Part shown: piece after piece, positions 22,893-32,219 of the stretch
How the letters are laid out: the number at the start of each line of letters is the position of its first letter
Numbering within the stretch: the stretch's first letter is position 1
Source: an uncultured Chloroflexia bacterium
GTDB taxonomy: Bacteria > Chloroflexota > Limnocylindria > Limnocylindrales > CSP1-4
Assembly: GCA_963713795.1 (NCBI GenBank)
Contig: CAVQNC010000009.1
Coordinates: 13,978 to 77,977 of the forward strand
Direction: 5' to 3'
DNA length: 64,000 nucleotides
Notes under the pieces: generated by a model
The model's database searches: none
The model's input: only the letters and a program-made list of their open reading frames with translations
What the model was told of the DNA's origin: nothing
Made by a program: the position numbers and the translations under genes

Positions 22893-24227
22893 ATGCTCGA
22901 TCAGATCAGCCTGGCGACGGCACGGCGCTTTCTGGCCATCCGCCACCTGCTGGCGCCTCCGCGCGCTTTGCCCGCCGCGACGGAGAGCGTCCTGGCCGTA
23001 GTGGACCGGCTGGGCTCGCTCCAGTTCGACCCGCTCGAGGTGGCCGGCCGCAACCACGACCTCGTCCTGGCGGCCCGGATCGGCGGCTACCATCGCGAGC
23101 TCACCGACGAACTCCTCTACGGCCGCCGCCTGCTATTCGAGGCCTACAACAAGTCGCTCAACCTGCTGCCGACACGCGAGCTGCCCTACTACCGGATCAC
23201 ATGGACACAACTGGGGGCCGGCATGGCGGGCGGGCTGCTGGCCGAACAGGCCGGCCTTGCGGAGAAGCTGCTGGCGACGATAGCGGCCGAGGGTCCCAGG
23301 AGTTCGGCCGACTTCGAGCGGTCCGGGGCGATCGCCTGGTGGTGGGGGCCGACGTCGGCCGTTCGAGCGGTGCTCGAGGCGCTGTCTGTCTCCGGTCGCC
23401 TTGGGCTGGCGCGACGCGAGGGCAACCGCCGCTACTACGACCTGATCGAGCGACTCTTCCCATCCGACCTTTTGGCCGTCCGCGTCCCGGAACGCGAGCA
23501 GCTGCGCCACAAGCTCCTTTCGCGTTTCCGCGCCCACGGCCTGCTCGGGGCGTCCGGAGGCGGCGAACTCTGGCTAGGCATCGGACCGGCCGCGCTGCGG
23601 ACCGAGCTTCGAGCCGAACTCGTGGATCGAGGCGAGATCGTGCCCGTCGTGGTCGAGGGTCTGCGCGGCCGGCGCTTCGTCGTGGCGGACGAGATGCCGC
23701 TGCTCGCCCAGGCGGAACGGGAGATCGCGGCCGAGGCGTCGGGGGCCGTCTCTCGCCCGGGAGACGGCCCCGCGGGCGCCGCCTTCCTGCCTCCGCTCGA
23801 CCCGATGATGTGGGACCGCGAGGCTCTCGGACCGCTCTACGACTTCGATTACCGCTGGGAGGTCTACACGCCCGCGGCCAAACGCCGCTGGGGTTATTAC
23901 GTCCTGCCGATCCTATTCGGCGATCGGCTGGTCGGTCGCATCGAACCGCGCATCGACCGCCCGGCCAAGGCCGTGCGAATCCTGGGCCTGGCCTGGGAGT
24001 CCGGCTTCGACCCGATGGAGGCGCCGGGGTTCGTCGCCGCGTTCTCGGCGGCTCTCAACTCGTACCTGGCCTTCGGCAGTGCCGGGAAACTGCTGGCATC
24101 GCCGGAACCCGTGAATCGACCCCTCTTCCGTGCCCTGGCCCGCGAAGTGCCCGTCGGTCGCCCCCGTGAAGCGTCGCGATCGCCCCGGGCCCGTGTGGCC
24201 GCGGACCGGCGATACGCTAGCAAGTAG
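22893..24227 (+). CDS. YcaQ/AlkZ-like winged-helix protein (DUF1006 family, putative crosslink DNA glycosylase)
   Basis: N-terminal LGSLQFDPLEV..RNHDLVL..R and C-terminal RWGYYVLPILFGDRLVGRIEPRIDR blocks characteristic of the family. Confidence 0.75.
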   Translation: MLDQISLATARRFLAIRHLLAPPRALPAATESVLAVVDRLGSLQFDPLEVAGRNHDLVLAARIGGYHRELTDELLYGRRLLFEAYNKSLNLLPTRELPYYRITWTQLGAGMAGGLLAEQAGLAEKLLATIAAEGPRSSADFERSGAIAWWWGPTSAVRAVLEALSVSGRLGLARREGNRRYYDLIERLFPSDLLAVRVPEREQLRHKLLSRFRAHGLLGASGGGELWLGIGPAALRTELRAELVDRGEIVPVVVEGLRGRRFVVADEMPLLAQAEREIAAEASGAVSRPGDGPAGAAFLPPLDPMMWDREALGPLYDFDYRWEVYTPAAKRRWGYYVLPILFGDRLVGRIEPRIDRPAKAVRILGLAWESGFDPMEAPGFVAAFSAALNSYLAFGSAGKLLASPEPVNRPLFRALAREVPVGRPREASRSPRARVAADRRYASK

Positions 24228-24427
24228 GTCCGGACCGGCCGGCATGGTCCGATCGGGCCGGTCCGTAAGGGTCCGGCCGATGACGTTGCCGGGCCGCGGG
24301 TGGGACCCGGCCGCCGTCGGGCCGGTCCGAGGTAATGTTCGGATACTCAGTTTGGTCACAGCCCGGCGCCGCCTGCCCGCGGTTTCCATGGCACGGTCGG
24401 TCGGGCGATCACGGGAAGGAGGCTTGG

Positions 24428-24901
24428 ATGAAGCCCATCGCGGTCGGCAGCGACGACGCCGGTTTCGAGCTCAAGGAGGAGTTGAGGCGTCACCTCGAGG
24501 CGCAGGGCTACGAGGTCACCGACTACGGCTGCCACTCCGCGGAACCGGTTGACTACCCGGACGTAGCCATCGAGGTCGCGACCGCCGTCGCGGCCGGCCG
24601 CCATGACCGCGCTGTCCTCGTCTGCGGCACCGGCATCGGCATGGCCATCGCCGCCAACAAAGTCCCGGGCGTCTACGCGGCCAACGCCCACGACCCCTAC
24701 TCAGCCGCGCGGGCCCGAATGTCGAACAACGCCCAGGTGCTCTCCCTGGGGGCGCGGGTGGTCGGAACGGAGCTGGCCAGGACTCTCGTCGACGTGTGGC
24801 TCAAGGCCGAGTTCGCCGGCGGCGGGTCCCTGCGCAAGGTTCAGAAGATCCAGGCGGCCGAGCGGCACCCGGAGGCTCTCTCGCCGGAGGATTCGCGGTG
24901 A
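24428..24901 (+). CDS. rpiB: Ribose-5-phosphate isomerase B family (RpiB/LacAB) sugar-phosphate isomerase
   Basis: ATG at 24428 after GGAAGGAGG. MKPIAVGSDDAGFELKE, VLVCGTGIGMAIAANK (catalytic Cys), NAQVLSLGARV. Confidence 0.9.
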   Translation: MKPIAVGSDDAGFELKEELRRHLEAQGYEVTDYGCHSAEPVDYPDVAIEVATAVAAGRHDRAVLVCGTGIGMAIAANKVPGVYAANAHDPYSAARARMSNNAQVLSLGARVVGTELARTLVDVWLKAEFAGGGSLRKVQKIQAAERHPEALSPEDSR

Positions 24902-25647
24902 AGCGCCCGTTGATCGGCACGAGCTGGAAGATGAACCTGGCGCCCAGCAAGACCGTCGAGTACTGCGCCGCGCTCAGGCCGCTGGTCGAGGCGATCGACG
25001 ATCGCACGCTCTTCGTGCTGCCGTCCTACCCATCGCTGTCCGCGGCCGGCCGCGTCCTCGCCGGCAGCAACGTTGCCTGGGGCGCTCAGGACGTTCACCC
25101 GGCCGAAGAGGGCCCCCATACCGGCGACGTTTCCGCCTCGATGCTCGCGGACCTGGGTTGCACCTTCGTAGAGGTCGGCCATCACGAACGTCGCCGCGAT
25201 CACCACGAGGACGACGACCTGATCGCCGCGAAGGTCTCCGCCATCCAACGCTGGGGCATGACCGCCATCCTGTGCGTCGGCGAGGTGTCCAGGACCACGC
25301 CCGAGGCGGCCGAGGAGCACGTCCTGGGCCAGCTGCGCTTCGTCAACCGCTTCGATCCCGCGAAACTGATCGTCGCCTACGAGCCGGCCTGGGCCATCGG
25401 CGCGGGATCCGAGCGCGCGCCGGCGGCGTGGATAGGGACGATCCACGGGGCGATCCACCGGCGTTTGTCGGACCTCGCGGCCGGGGGGGACGAAGTCCCG
25501 GTGATCTACGGCGGCAGCGTCGACGCCGCGGGCGCCGGCGCGGTCCTCGCCTGTCCCGGCGTGGATGGGCTCTTCGTGGGCCGCTACGCGCTCACCCCCC
25601 AGGGTTTCGCGGAGATTGCCGGAACTCCAATTCGGCCCAACGCCTGA
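24898..25647 (+). CDS. Triosephosphate-isomerase-family paralog (non-canonical)
   Basis: The GTG start overlaps the rpiB stop (GTGA). SWKMN replaces canonical NWK(L/M)N, GHHERR replaces GHSERR, AYEPAWAIGAG retains the catalytic Glu, and GRYAL replaces GGASL. Confidence 0.85.
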   Translation: MKRPLIGTSWKMNLAPSKTVEYCAALRPLVEAIDDRTLFVLPSYPSLSAAGRVLAGSNVAWGAQDVHPAEEGPHTGDVSASMLADLGCTFVEVGHHERRRDHHEDDDLIAAKVSAIQRWGMTAILCVGEVSRTTPEAAEEHVLGQLRFVNRFDPAKLIVAYEPAWAIGAGSERAPAAWIGTIHGAIHRRLSDLAAGGDEVPVIYGGSVDAAGAGAVLACPGVDGLFVGRYALTPQGFAEIAGTPIRPNA

Positions 25648-25987
25648 AGCGCGCTGCGCTCGGCATCCAGCGCTCGAGATCGGGCCGCCGGGGTGGCCGC
25701 CAGGTTCTGGCGCGAGCCCGGCTACGGCGTGTCGGCCCGCGAACGCGCGCCGCCCGCGGGCGTCCGCCGGGTCACGTCGGCGCTGCCGGCGCCTGGCAAG
25801 GTCTTGACTTCGCTGGCACAATCTTTCCGTATCAGGCCAGGCCGAGGCCGGGTGGATACCACCCAGGTTTCACGCGGGCCGCCGTCGCGTCGTCTTGCTC
25901 ACACCGGGTCGGCACCCGACGGCAGCCGCCGCGAGACACCAATTGCCCTCGCCGCACGGCGGGCGTGGGCCGCATGCAGGTGACCGG

Positions 25988-27070
25988 ATGATGAAGATCC
26001 TGGTTGTCGGGGACTCCTACTGCCGCTGGCGAGCGCTCGGCGCGTCGATCGATCGCCTGGCCGAGAGCCACGAAGTCACCTGCTTCGACCTGGTCGACGA
26101 GCCCGGCTGGCGCCCGACGACGCCCTCCGAGCTCAAGATCCGCGAGCTGCTGGGGAGCCCGCGCCAGGTCATCGAGCGGCTCGACGGGCACGAAGTGCTG
26201 ATAGTCCAGGGCGCGCCGGTGACCGACGCGGTCATGGACGCGAGCCCTGGCCTCAAGCTCGTGTGCGTCGCCCGCGGCGGTCCAGTGAACGTCGACATCG
26301 CCGCGGCCACGGATCGGGGCATCGCCGTCGTCACGACTCCAGGCAAGAACGCCCAGGCCGTCGCGGAGCTGACCATCGCCTTCATGGTGATGCTCGCTCG
26401 GCGCCTGCCGGAAGTCACGCGCTTCCTGGAGGGAGGGGGCGAGCTGGCCCGCGACAACTACGAAGGGGCGAAGTGGATGGGCCACGACCTGGACGGGCAC
26501 GTCCTGGGCCTGATCGGCTATGGGCAGGTTGGCCATCGCGTCGCCGGGATCGCCAGGGCGATGGGGATGCGGGTCGTCGTCTTCGATCCGTTCGTTCCGG
26601 CCGCCCGCATCGAGGCCGACGGCGCCGAGCCGGTCGGGCTTGACACTCTGCTCACGACCGCCGACTACGTCTCGATCCACGCCCGCGCGACGGCCGACAA
26701 CAAGGGCCTGCTGGGGCGCGCCCAGATCGAGCGCATGAAGCAGGGCGCCTGCCTGATCAACACCGCCCGTGACACGCTCGTCGACGAGGACGCCGTCTAC
26801 GATGCGCTCCGCTCCGGACACCTCGGCGGAGGGGCCTTCGACGTGGTGCGCCTGCCGGACCTGTCGATACCGCCGGAACTCGGCCGCCGCCACCGGCTCT
26901 TCGACGCCCCGAACGTGGTCCTCGCCACTCACATCGGCGGCGCCACTTACGAGACGATGGGCCATGGCGGCGAAATGGCCGCCGCCGAGATCGGCCGGCT
27001 GGCGGCCGGCGAGCCGTTCGTGAACCTGGCCAACCCGGCCGTGCTTGGGAAGGTGGGGAACCATGCCTGA
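25988..27070 (+). CDS. D-isomer-specific 2-hydroxyacid dehydrogenase family protein
   Basis: GLIGYGQVGHRVA NAD motif, ARD...VDEDA...THIGG (Arg/Glu/His triad pattern). Its stop overlaps the next gene's start by 8 nt. Confidence 0.85.
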   Translation: MMKILVVGDSYCRWRALGASIDRLAESHEVTCFDLVDEPGWRPTTPSELKIRELLGSPRQVIERLDGHEVLIVQGAPVTDAVMDASPGLKLVCVARGGPVNVDIAAATDRGIAVVTTPGKNAQAVAELTIAFMVMLARRLPEVTRFLEGGGELARDNYEGAKWMGHDLDGHVLGLIGYGQVGHRVAGIARAMGMRVVVFDPFVPAARIEADGAEPVGLDTLLTTADYVSIHARATADNKGLLGRAQIERMKQGACLINTARDTLVDEDAVYDALRSGHLGGGAFDVVRLPDLSIPPELGRRHRLFDAPNVVLATHIGGATYETMGHGGEMAAAEIGRLAAGEPFVNLANPAVLGKVGNHA

Positions 27071-28625
27071 TGCGCACGTGATGGCAATCGATCTCGGAAC
27101 GGGCAGCTGCCGCGCCCTGATCTTCGATCGGGACGGCCATCAGGTGGCGATGGCGCAGCGCGAGTGGTCGCACCCGCCACTGCCGGGCGCGCCCGGCTCG
27201 CAGCAGTTCGAGACGGCCCGCAACTGGCCTCTTATCTGCGAGTGCATCCGGGAGGCGCTGGCGAAGAGCGGCCTGGGGGCGGGCGCCATAAAGGGCGTCT
27301 CGAGCACCGCCATGCGCGAGGGCATGGTCCTTTACGACGCTGCGGGCGCCGAGATCTGGGCCTGCCCGAACGTCGACTCTCGCGCCGGCGACGAGGCCGC
27401 CGAGCTCATAGAGGCCGGACAGGCGCGGAAGATCTTCGACACCGGCGGCGACTGGGTCTCGATCACCTCGCCGGCCAGGTTCCTCTGGATCAAGCGGCAC
27501 CAGCCGGACGTCTTCGGCCGCATCGCCCACATGGGCATGCTCAGCGACTGGGTCCTGACGAAGCTGTCGGGCGAGTACGCGACCGACCCGTCGATCGGGG
27601 CAAGCTCCGGCCTGTTCGACCTGGCCAGGGCGGACTGGTCGGCCGAGCTGATCGCGATGATCGGCCTCGACCCGAGCATCTTCCCGCAGGTTCGCCAGCC
27701 CGGCAGCGTGCTCGGCGGAGTGACGGCGAGAGCGGCCGCCGAGACCGGACTCGCCGCCGGGACGCCGGTCGTCGTGGGCGGTGCCGACACTCAGCTCGGA
27801 CTGCTCGGCATCGGCCGGACCACGCCGAAGGCCTTCACGCTCGTGGGCGGCAGTTTCTGGCAGAGCACGGTATTGGTCGACAGGCCACTCATCGACCCGG
27901 AAGCGCGCCTCCGCTCTCTCTGCCATGTCCTGCCCGGCCAGTGGATGGTCGAGGGCATCGGCTTCTACTGCGGCCTGACTCTACGCTGGTTCCGCGACGC
28001 CTTCTGCGACCTCGAGAAGGCCTGCGCCGCCGAGCGCGGCGTGGATCCGTTCGTGGTCATGGAAGAGGAGGCTGCCTCCGTCCCGCCGGGCTCCAACGGC
28101 GTCCTGCCTATCTTCGGCAACATCATGAACGCCAAGCGCTGGGTTCAGGCCTCGCCGTCGTTCGTCCAGTTCGACATCGACAACCCGAGCACCTCGGGCC
28201 GCAAAGAATGTATCCGGGCCATCGAGGAGAGCGCCGCCTACATAGCCCTCGGGCACCTCCGGATCATCGAGAGCCTGACCGGCTACAGGTTCGACGAGAT
28301 CGTCTTCACCGGCGGCGGCTCGAAGGGCCAGCTCTGGCCGCAGGTCATCGCCGACGTACTTGGCGTCGCCGTCAAGGTGCCCCAGGTCAAGGAATCGACC
28401 GCCCTGGGGGCCGCGCTCTGCGCCGGACTCGGCGCCGGCCTGTACACGGACCTTGCCTCGACGGCCGCCCAGGTCGTCCGCTTCGAGCGCACCTTCCAGC
28501 CCGACTCCGCCGCCCACGCCGCCTACGCGAGCCTCTTCGAACAGTGGCAGACCGTTTACGGCCGATTCCTGGAAATGGGCGACGCGGGCCTGCTCCGCCC
28601 GCTCTGGAAGCCCGCCGGAGCCTGA
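27063..28625 (+). CDS. lsrK: FGGY-family kinase, autoinducer-2 kinase (LsrK)-like
   Basis: Collinear with my recollection of enterobacterial LsrK along the whole length (MAIDLGTGSCRALIFD, AQREW.H, NW.L.CEC.R.AL, SMREGMVLYD..G.EIWAC.NVD.RA, GTPVVVGG.D.QLG.LG.G, GLT.RWFRDAFC, F.GGGSKG.LW.QI.ADV.G..V..P.VKE.TALG.A, LWKPAG at the C-terminus). Confidence 0.8.
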   Translation: MPDAHVMAIDLGTGSCRALIFDRDGHQVAMAQREWSHPPLPGAPGSQQFETARNWPLICECIREALAKSGLGAGAIKGVSSTAMREGMVLYDAAGAEIWACPNVDSRAGDEAAELIEAGQARKIFDTGGDWVSITSPARFLWIKRHQPDVFGRIAHMGMLSDWVLTKLSGEYATDPSIGASSGLFDLARADWSAELIAMIGLDPSIFPQVRQPGSVLGGVTARAAAETGLAAGTPVVVGGADTQLGLLGIGRTTPKAFTLVGGSFWQSTVLVDRPLIDPEARLRSLCHVLPGQWMVEGIGFYCGLTLRWFRDAFCDLEKACAAERGVDPFVVMEEEAASVPPGSNGVLPIFGNIMNAKRWVQASPSFVQFDIDNPSTSGRKECIRAIEESAAYIALGHLRIIESLTGYRFDEIVFTGGGSKGQLWPQVIADVLGVAVKVPQVKESTALGAALCAGLGAGLYTDLASTAAQVVRFERTFQPDSAAHAAYASLFEQWQTVYGRFLEMGDAGLLRPLWKPAGA

Positions 28626-28703
28626 GGCGGCTGGACACCCCGCCAACCCCACCACAGCGAGCAATCGCCGGTCCCGTCCAGGGACGGCAGAAAGAGGAGC
28701 CAG

Positions 28704-29600
28704 ATGCCAGAAGCCGACTTCACCGAGGAGAAGAACTTCCACGAAGACATCCCGCAGCGCAACAGCGCCTTCTTCCTGAAGGGCGCCGGCGCCTACGACT
28801 GGGGCATGCAGAACCGGCTGGCCCGCGTCTTCAACCCGGACAGCGGCAAGACCGTCATGCTGGCCATCGACCACGGCTACTTCCAGGGCCCGACGACGGG
28901 GCTGGAGCGCGTCGACGTCAACATCCTGCCGCTCGTCCCCTACACGGACGCTCTCTTCTGCACCCGCGGCATCCTGCGCAGCGTCGTCCCGGCGGCCACC
29001 CGGACGCCGAGCGTGCTGCGGGCCAGCGGCGGCCCCTCGATCCTCAAGGAGCTCTCCAACGAGGAGATCGCCATGGATCTCGAGGATGCGGTCCGCCTGA
29101 ACAGCTGCGGGGTAGGCGTCCAGGTCTTCGTCGGCGGTGAGTACGAGACCCAGACGATCCACAACATGACCCGTCTGGTCGACGCCGGGTATCGCGTCGG
29201 GCTGCCCGTCCTGGGCGTTACGGCCGTCGGCAAGGACATGGTGCGCGACGCCAAATACTTCCGCCTTGCGACCCGGATCTGCGCCGAACTGGGCGCCCAG
29301 ATGGTCAAGACCTACTACGTCCCCGAGGGCTTCGAGACGGTCACCGCCTCCTGCCCTGTGCCGATCGTCATGGCCGGCGGGAAGAAGCTGCCCGAGCTGG
29401 AAGCCCTGACGATGGCCTACCGCGCCGTCCAGGAGGGCGCCGCGGGCGTGGACATGGGCCGGAACATCTTCCAGAGCGAGTCGCCGATCGCAATGATCCA
29501 GGCCGTCCGCAAGGTCGTCCACGAGGCCATGAAGCCCGAGCATGCGCTCGAGCTGTTCAAGACGCTCAAGTCCGAGTTCAAGCAGCCCGTCGGAGCCTGA
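28704..29600 (+). CDS. lsrF: Class-I aldolase-fold enzyme, LsrF (3-hydroxy-5-phosphonooxypentane-2,4-dione thiolase)-like
   Basis: Long blocks identical to my recollection of E. coli LsrF: [58 protein letters not shown] (Schiff-base Lys context), [25 protein letters not shown]. Confidence 0.85.
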   Translation: MPEADFTEEKNFHEDIPQRNSAFFLKGAGAYDWGMQNRLARVFNPDSGKTVMLAIDHGYFQGPTTGLERVDVNILPLVPYTDALFCTRGILRSVVPAATRTPSVLRASGGPSILKELSNEEIAMDLEDAVRLNSCGVGVQVFVGGEYETQTIHNMTRLVDAGYRVGLPVLGVTAVGKDMVRDAKYFRLATRICAELGAQMVKTYYVPEGFETVTASCPVPIVMAGGKKLPELEALTMAYRAVQEGAAGVDMGRNIFQSESPIAMIQAVRKVVHEAMKPEHALELFKTLKSEFKQPVGA

Positions 29601-29609
29601 GGACCGGCC

Positions 29610-30338
29610 GTGGCTACCACCGCACACCTGCCGTTCCTCGACGGCCGCGCGCACCTGACGATCGGCATCAATACGGCGGACCTGGCCAACCTGGGCGCCG
29701 CCGTCAACATTCTCGAGGATGCCCGGGCCGAGATGATCCACATCGACGTCATGGACGGCGTTTTCTGCCCCGCCACGACGGTCGGCCCGCCATTCATCAA
29801 GGCCATTCGCACGCCGCTTCTCAAGGACGCCCACCTGATGATCGTCGACCCTGTCGAGAAGGTGGCCGATTACGTCGCCGCCGGCGCGGACGTCATCACT
29901 TTCCATGTCGAGTCGACCCGGCATCCGCACCGGGTCCTGCAGGTCCTGGGCAAGGCGGAGAACGTCAACGACCCCGCTCGCGGGATCATTCGCGGCGTGG
30001 CCATCAATCCCGGGACGCCGGTCTCGGCGCTCGAGCCGCTCCTCGACGAGCTCGAATACGTGGTCATCCTGGCCGTCAATCCGGGCTGGGGTGGCCAGAA
30101 GTTCATCGAATCAACCGGACGACGGCTGGCCGGAGCCGCCCAGCTCATCCGTCGCTCCGGCCGCCCGATCCTGCTCGGCGTCGACGGCGGCATCACGAAG
30201 GACAACATCGCCCGGGTGGCCGCCATGGGGCCCAACCTGATCGTCACGGGCAGCGCCGTCTTCGACGGCAAGACTCCGGCCGAGAACGCCCGCTTCATGC
30301 TCGACCAGGTCCAGGGCGGAAACGCGATCACCCCGTAG
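29610..30338 (+). CDS. rpe: Ribulose-phosphate 3-epimerase family protein (Rpe/LsrE-like, divergent)
   Basis: IHIDVMDG, DAHLM, VNPGWGGQKF, VDGGI blocks. MDGVFCPATT replaces the canonical MD.H(F/Y)VPNLT. GTG start 9 nt after the lsrF-like stop. Confidence 0.8.
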   Translation: MATTAHLPFLDGRAHLTIGINTADLANLGAAVNILEDARAEMIHIDVMDGVFCPATTVGPPFIKAIRTPLLKDAHLMIVDPVEKVADYVAAGADVITFHVESTRHPHRVLQVLGKAENVNDPARGIIRGVAINPGTPVSALEPLLDELEYVVILAVNPGWGGQKFIESTGRRLAGAAQLIRRSGRPILLGVDGGITKDNIARVAAMGPNLIVTGSAVFDGKTPAENARFMLDQVQGGNAITP

Positions 30339-30356
30339 CCCACGAAGTCCGGATAT

Positions 30357-30393
30357 GGAAGGACGGGGCCCGGCTGTCGGACCCCGTCCTTCC
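30357..30393. terminator. Bidirectional hairpin between convergent rpe-like and SDR genes
   Basis: GGAAGGACGGGG (30357-30368) pairs with CCCCGTCCTTCC (30382-30393). Perfect 12-bp stem with a 13-nt loop. Confidence 0.6.
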
Positions 30394-30443
30394 TGTCAGG
30401 CTCGCTCCGGCGGCCCGTTCGCGGCCGTCCTCGCGGCCGCCGG

Positions 30444-31214
30444 TCAGAGCTCGGCGTTGACGATAAATCCCCCGTCGACGAGAAGCGTGGCGCAGGTCAC
30501 GTAGGTCGCGTCGTCGGAGAGAAGATAGGTGATCGCGCCCGCCATCTCCTCCGGCTCACCGGGGCGGTGGATGGCGATCCGGTCGACGTAGTACTTCCAG
30601 ACCTCGGGCGCCGCGTCGAACATGGGCGCGCTCATGTTGGTCTTGATCCAGCCCGGCTCGACGGCGTTGACCCGGATCCCGTGCTCTCCCAGGTTGCAGC
30701 CGAGAGCCTTGGCCAGCATCGAGATGGCGCCCTTGGTGCCGCAGTATGCGGTCTGGTAGGGCGCACCAACGTGGGCCGAGATCGAGCTGGTGCAGCAGAT
30801 GGCGCCGCCGTGGCCCTCCTTGATCATCTGCTTGGCGCCCTCCGTGCAGACCACCCAGGTCCCGCGGACGTTGGTCTCCATGAGGTTGTTGAAGTCCTCG
30901 AGGCTCGTCTCGTCCCACTTCATGAAGGGGTTGATTGCCGCGTTGGAGACGACGTAGTCGAGCCGGCCGCCGCGCTCGGCGACCTCGTGGACCATGCGGA
31001 TGACCTGCTCCGGGTCGCGCATGTCGGCCACGACGGGAAAGCCGTCTCCGCCTGCCTCCTTGATCCGGCGCATCGTCTCGGTCGGGTCGCCGGTGGGCCG
31101 CTGGTTCACACCCACCAGCGCACCTTCCGCGGCCAGGCGCACCGCCGTCGCCTGCCCGATTCCGTTCGTGGCTCCGGTGACCAGGGCGACCTTGCCGACG
31201 AAACGCTTTTCCAT
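30444..31214 (-). CDS. Short-chain dehydrogenase/reductase (SDR)
   Basis: VTGATNGIG cofactor motif, S...YCGTK catalytic pattern, 256 aa. Confidence 0.9.
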   Translation of the reverse strand: MEKRFVGKVALVTGATNGIGQATAVRLAAEGALVGVNQRPTGDPTETMRRIKEAGGDGFPVVADMRDPEQVIRMVHEVAERGGRLDYVVSNAAINPFMKWDETSLEDFNNLMETNVRGTWVVCTEGAKQMIKEGHGGAICCTSSISAHVGAPYQTAYCGTKGAISMLAKALGCNLGEHGIRVNAVEPGWIKTNMSAPMFDAAPEVWKYYVDRIAIHRPGEPEEMAGAITYLLSDDATYVTCATLLVDGGFIVNAEL

Positions 31215-31284
31215 GGGGATCCTCCGAATGTCTGACCTGTGCCTGGATTTGGCGGGCGCCGCGCGGGGCGCGGCGTGACCGTTG

Positions 31285-32064
31285 TCAGTGCATGCCGCGG
31301 CCGCCCGCGACGATGAGCAGTTCGCCGGTGATGAAGGCGGCCTCGTCCGAGGCCAGAAAGACGGCGGACGCGGCGACGTCGCCCGGCGTGCCCCAGCGCT
31401 TCAGGGCCGTCTCGTCGAGGATTCGCTGCTGCGTAGCCGGGTCGATCTCCTCGACCATGTCGGTCCTGATCCAGCCGGGGCAGATAGCGTTGACCCTGAT
31501 CTGCGGCCCCAGGGCCAGGGCCATCGCCTTCGTCAGGCCGTTCAGGCCGGCCTTCGACACTACGTACTCGGTGAAGCGCATCGCCGACGGGTGGTAGAGG
31601 CCCGAGTTGGACGACATGTTGATGATGGAGCCGGAGCCCTGGCGGATCATCACTGGGGCCACCGCCTTGGAGCAGAGGTAGGCTCCTTTGAGGTTGACGT
31701 CGATCGTCAGATCCCAGTCCTCCTCTGTCGTCTCCAGCACTCCCTTCGGGATCATCACGCCGGCGTTGTTGACCAGGATGTCGACTCGGCCGAAACGATC
31801 GAGCGCCTGATCGACCAGGCGCCTGACGTCCGCGCTACGCGAGACGTCGGCCCCGACGGCGAAGGCTGATCCGCCGACTGCCTCTATGCCGGCGACGACC
31901 GCGGCCGCGTTGTTCGCCCCCTGGCTGAAGTTCACTACCACGGAGGCTCCACTGGCCGCGAACCGCTCGGCGACCGCGCGGCCGATGCCCCGCGACGCGC
32001 CGGTGACTATCGCAACTTTGCCCGCCAGTTGCCCTTCGGCCATCGCCGTCTCCTCGTGATCCAT
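31285..32064 (-). CDS. Short-chain dehydrogenase/reductase (SDR, FabG-like)
   Basis: VTGASRGIG, NNAG, S...YVVSK motifs. The start may be the Met at 32043 instead. Confidence 0.9.
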   Translation of the reverse strand: MDHEETAMAEGQLAGKVAIVTGASRGIGRAVAERFAASGASVVVNFSQGANNAAAVVAGIEAVGGSAFAVGADVSRSADVRRLVDQALDRFGRVDILVNNAGVMIPKGVLETTEEDWDLTIDVNLKGAYLCSKAVAPVMIRQGSGSIINMSSNSGLYHPSAMRFTEYVVSKAGLNGLTKAMALALGPQIRVNAICPGWIRTDMVEEIDPATQQRILDETALKRWGTPGDVAASAVFLASDEAAFITGELLIVAGGRGMH

Positions 32065-32219
32065 TCGCGCTGTTGGACAGATCGAAAGCGCCCCCGGACA
32101 TCGACCCGGACCGCGGCGCCACGAACTCGCCGTGCGGACGCGCCACGGTTGGCGGCAAGCCCCGAGCGGGCCAGGGGCGACCCGATGGGCCCCTGGGCCG
32201 CGCCGAGGTCACCCCGGTT

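Noticed and set aside
25804-25828. TTGACT (-35-like) and TGGCAC-N5-TTCC (sigma-54-like) upstream of the dehydrogenase-lsrK operon.
   Set aside because: No acceptable -10 hexamer lies at 16-19 nt from the TTGACT. The sigma-54 -12 element lacks the conserved GC (TTCC instead of TTGC). Nothing in the window indicates that this organism has sigma-54 or an enhancer-binding protein.
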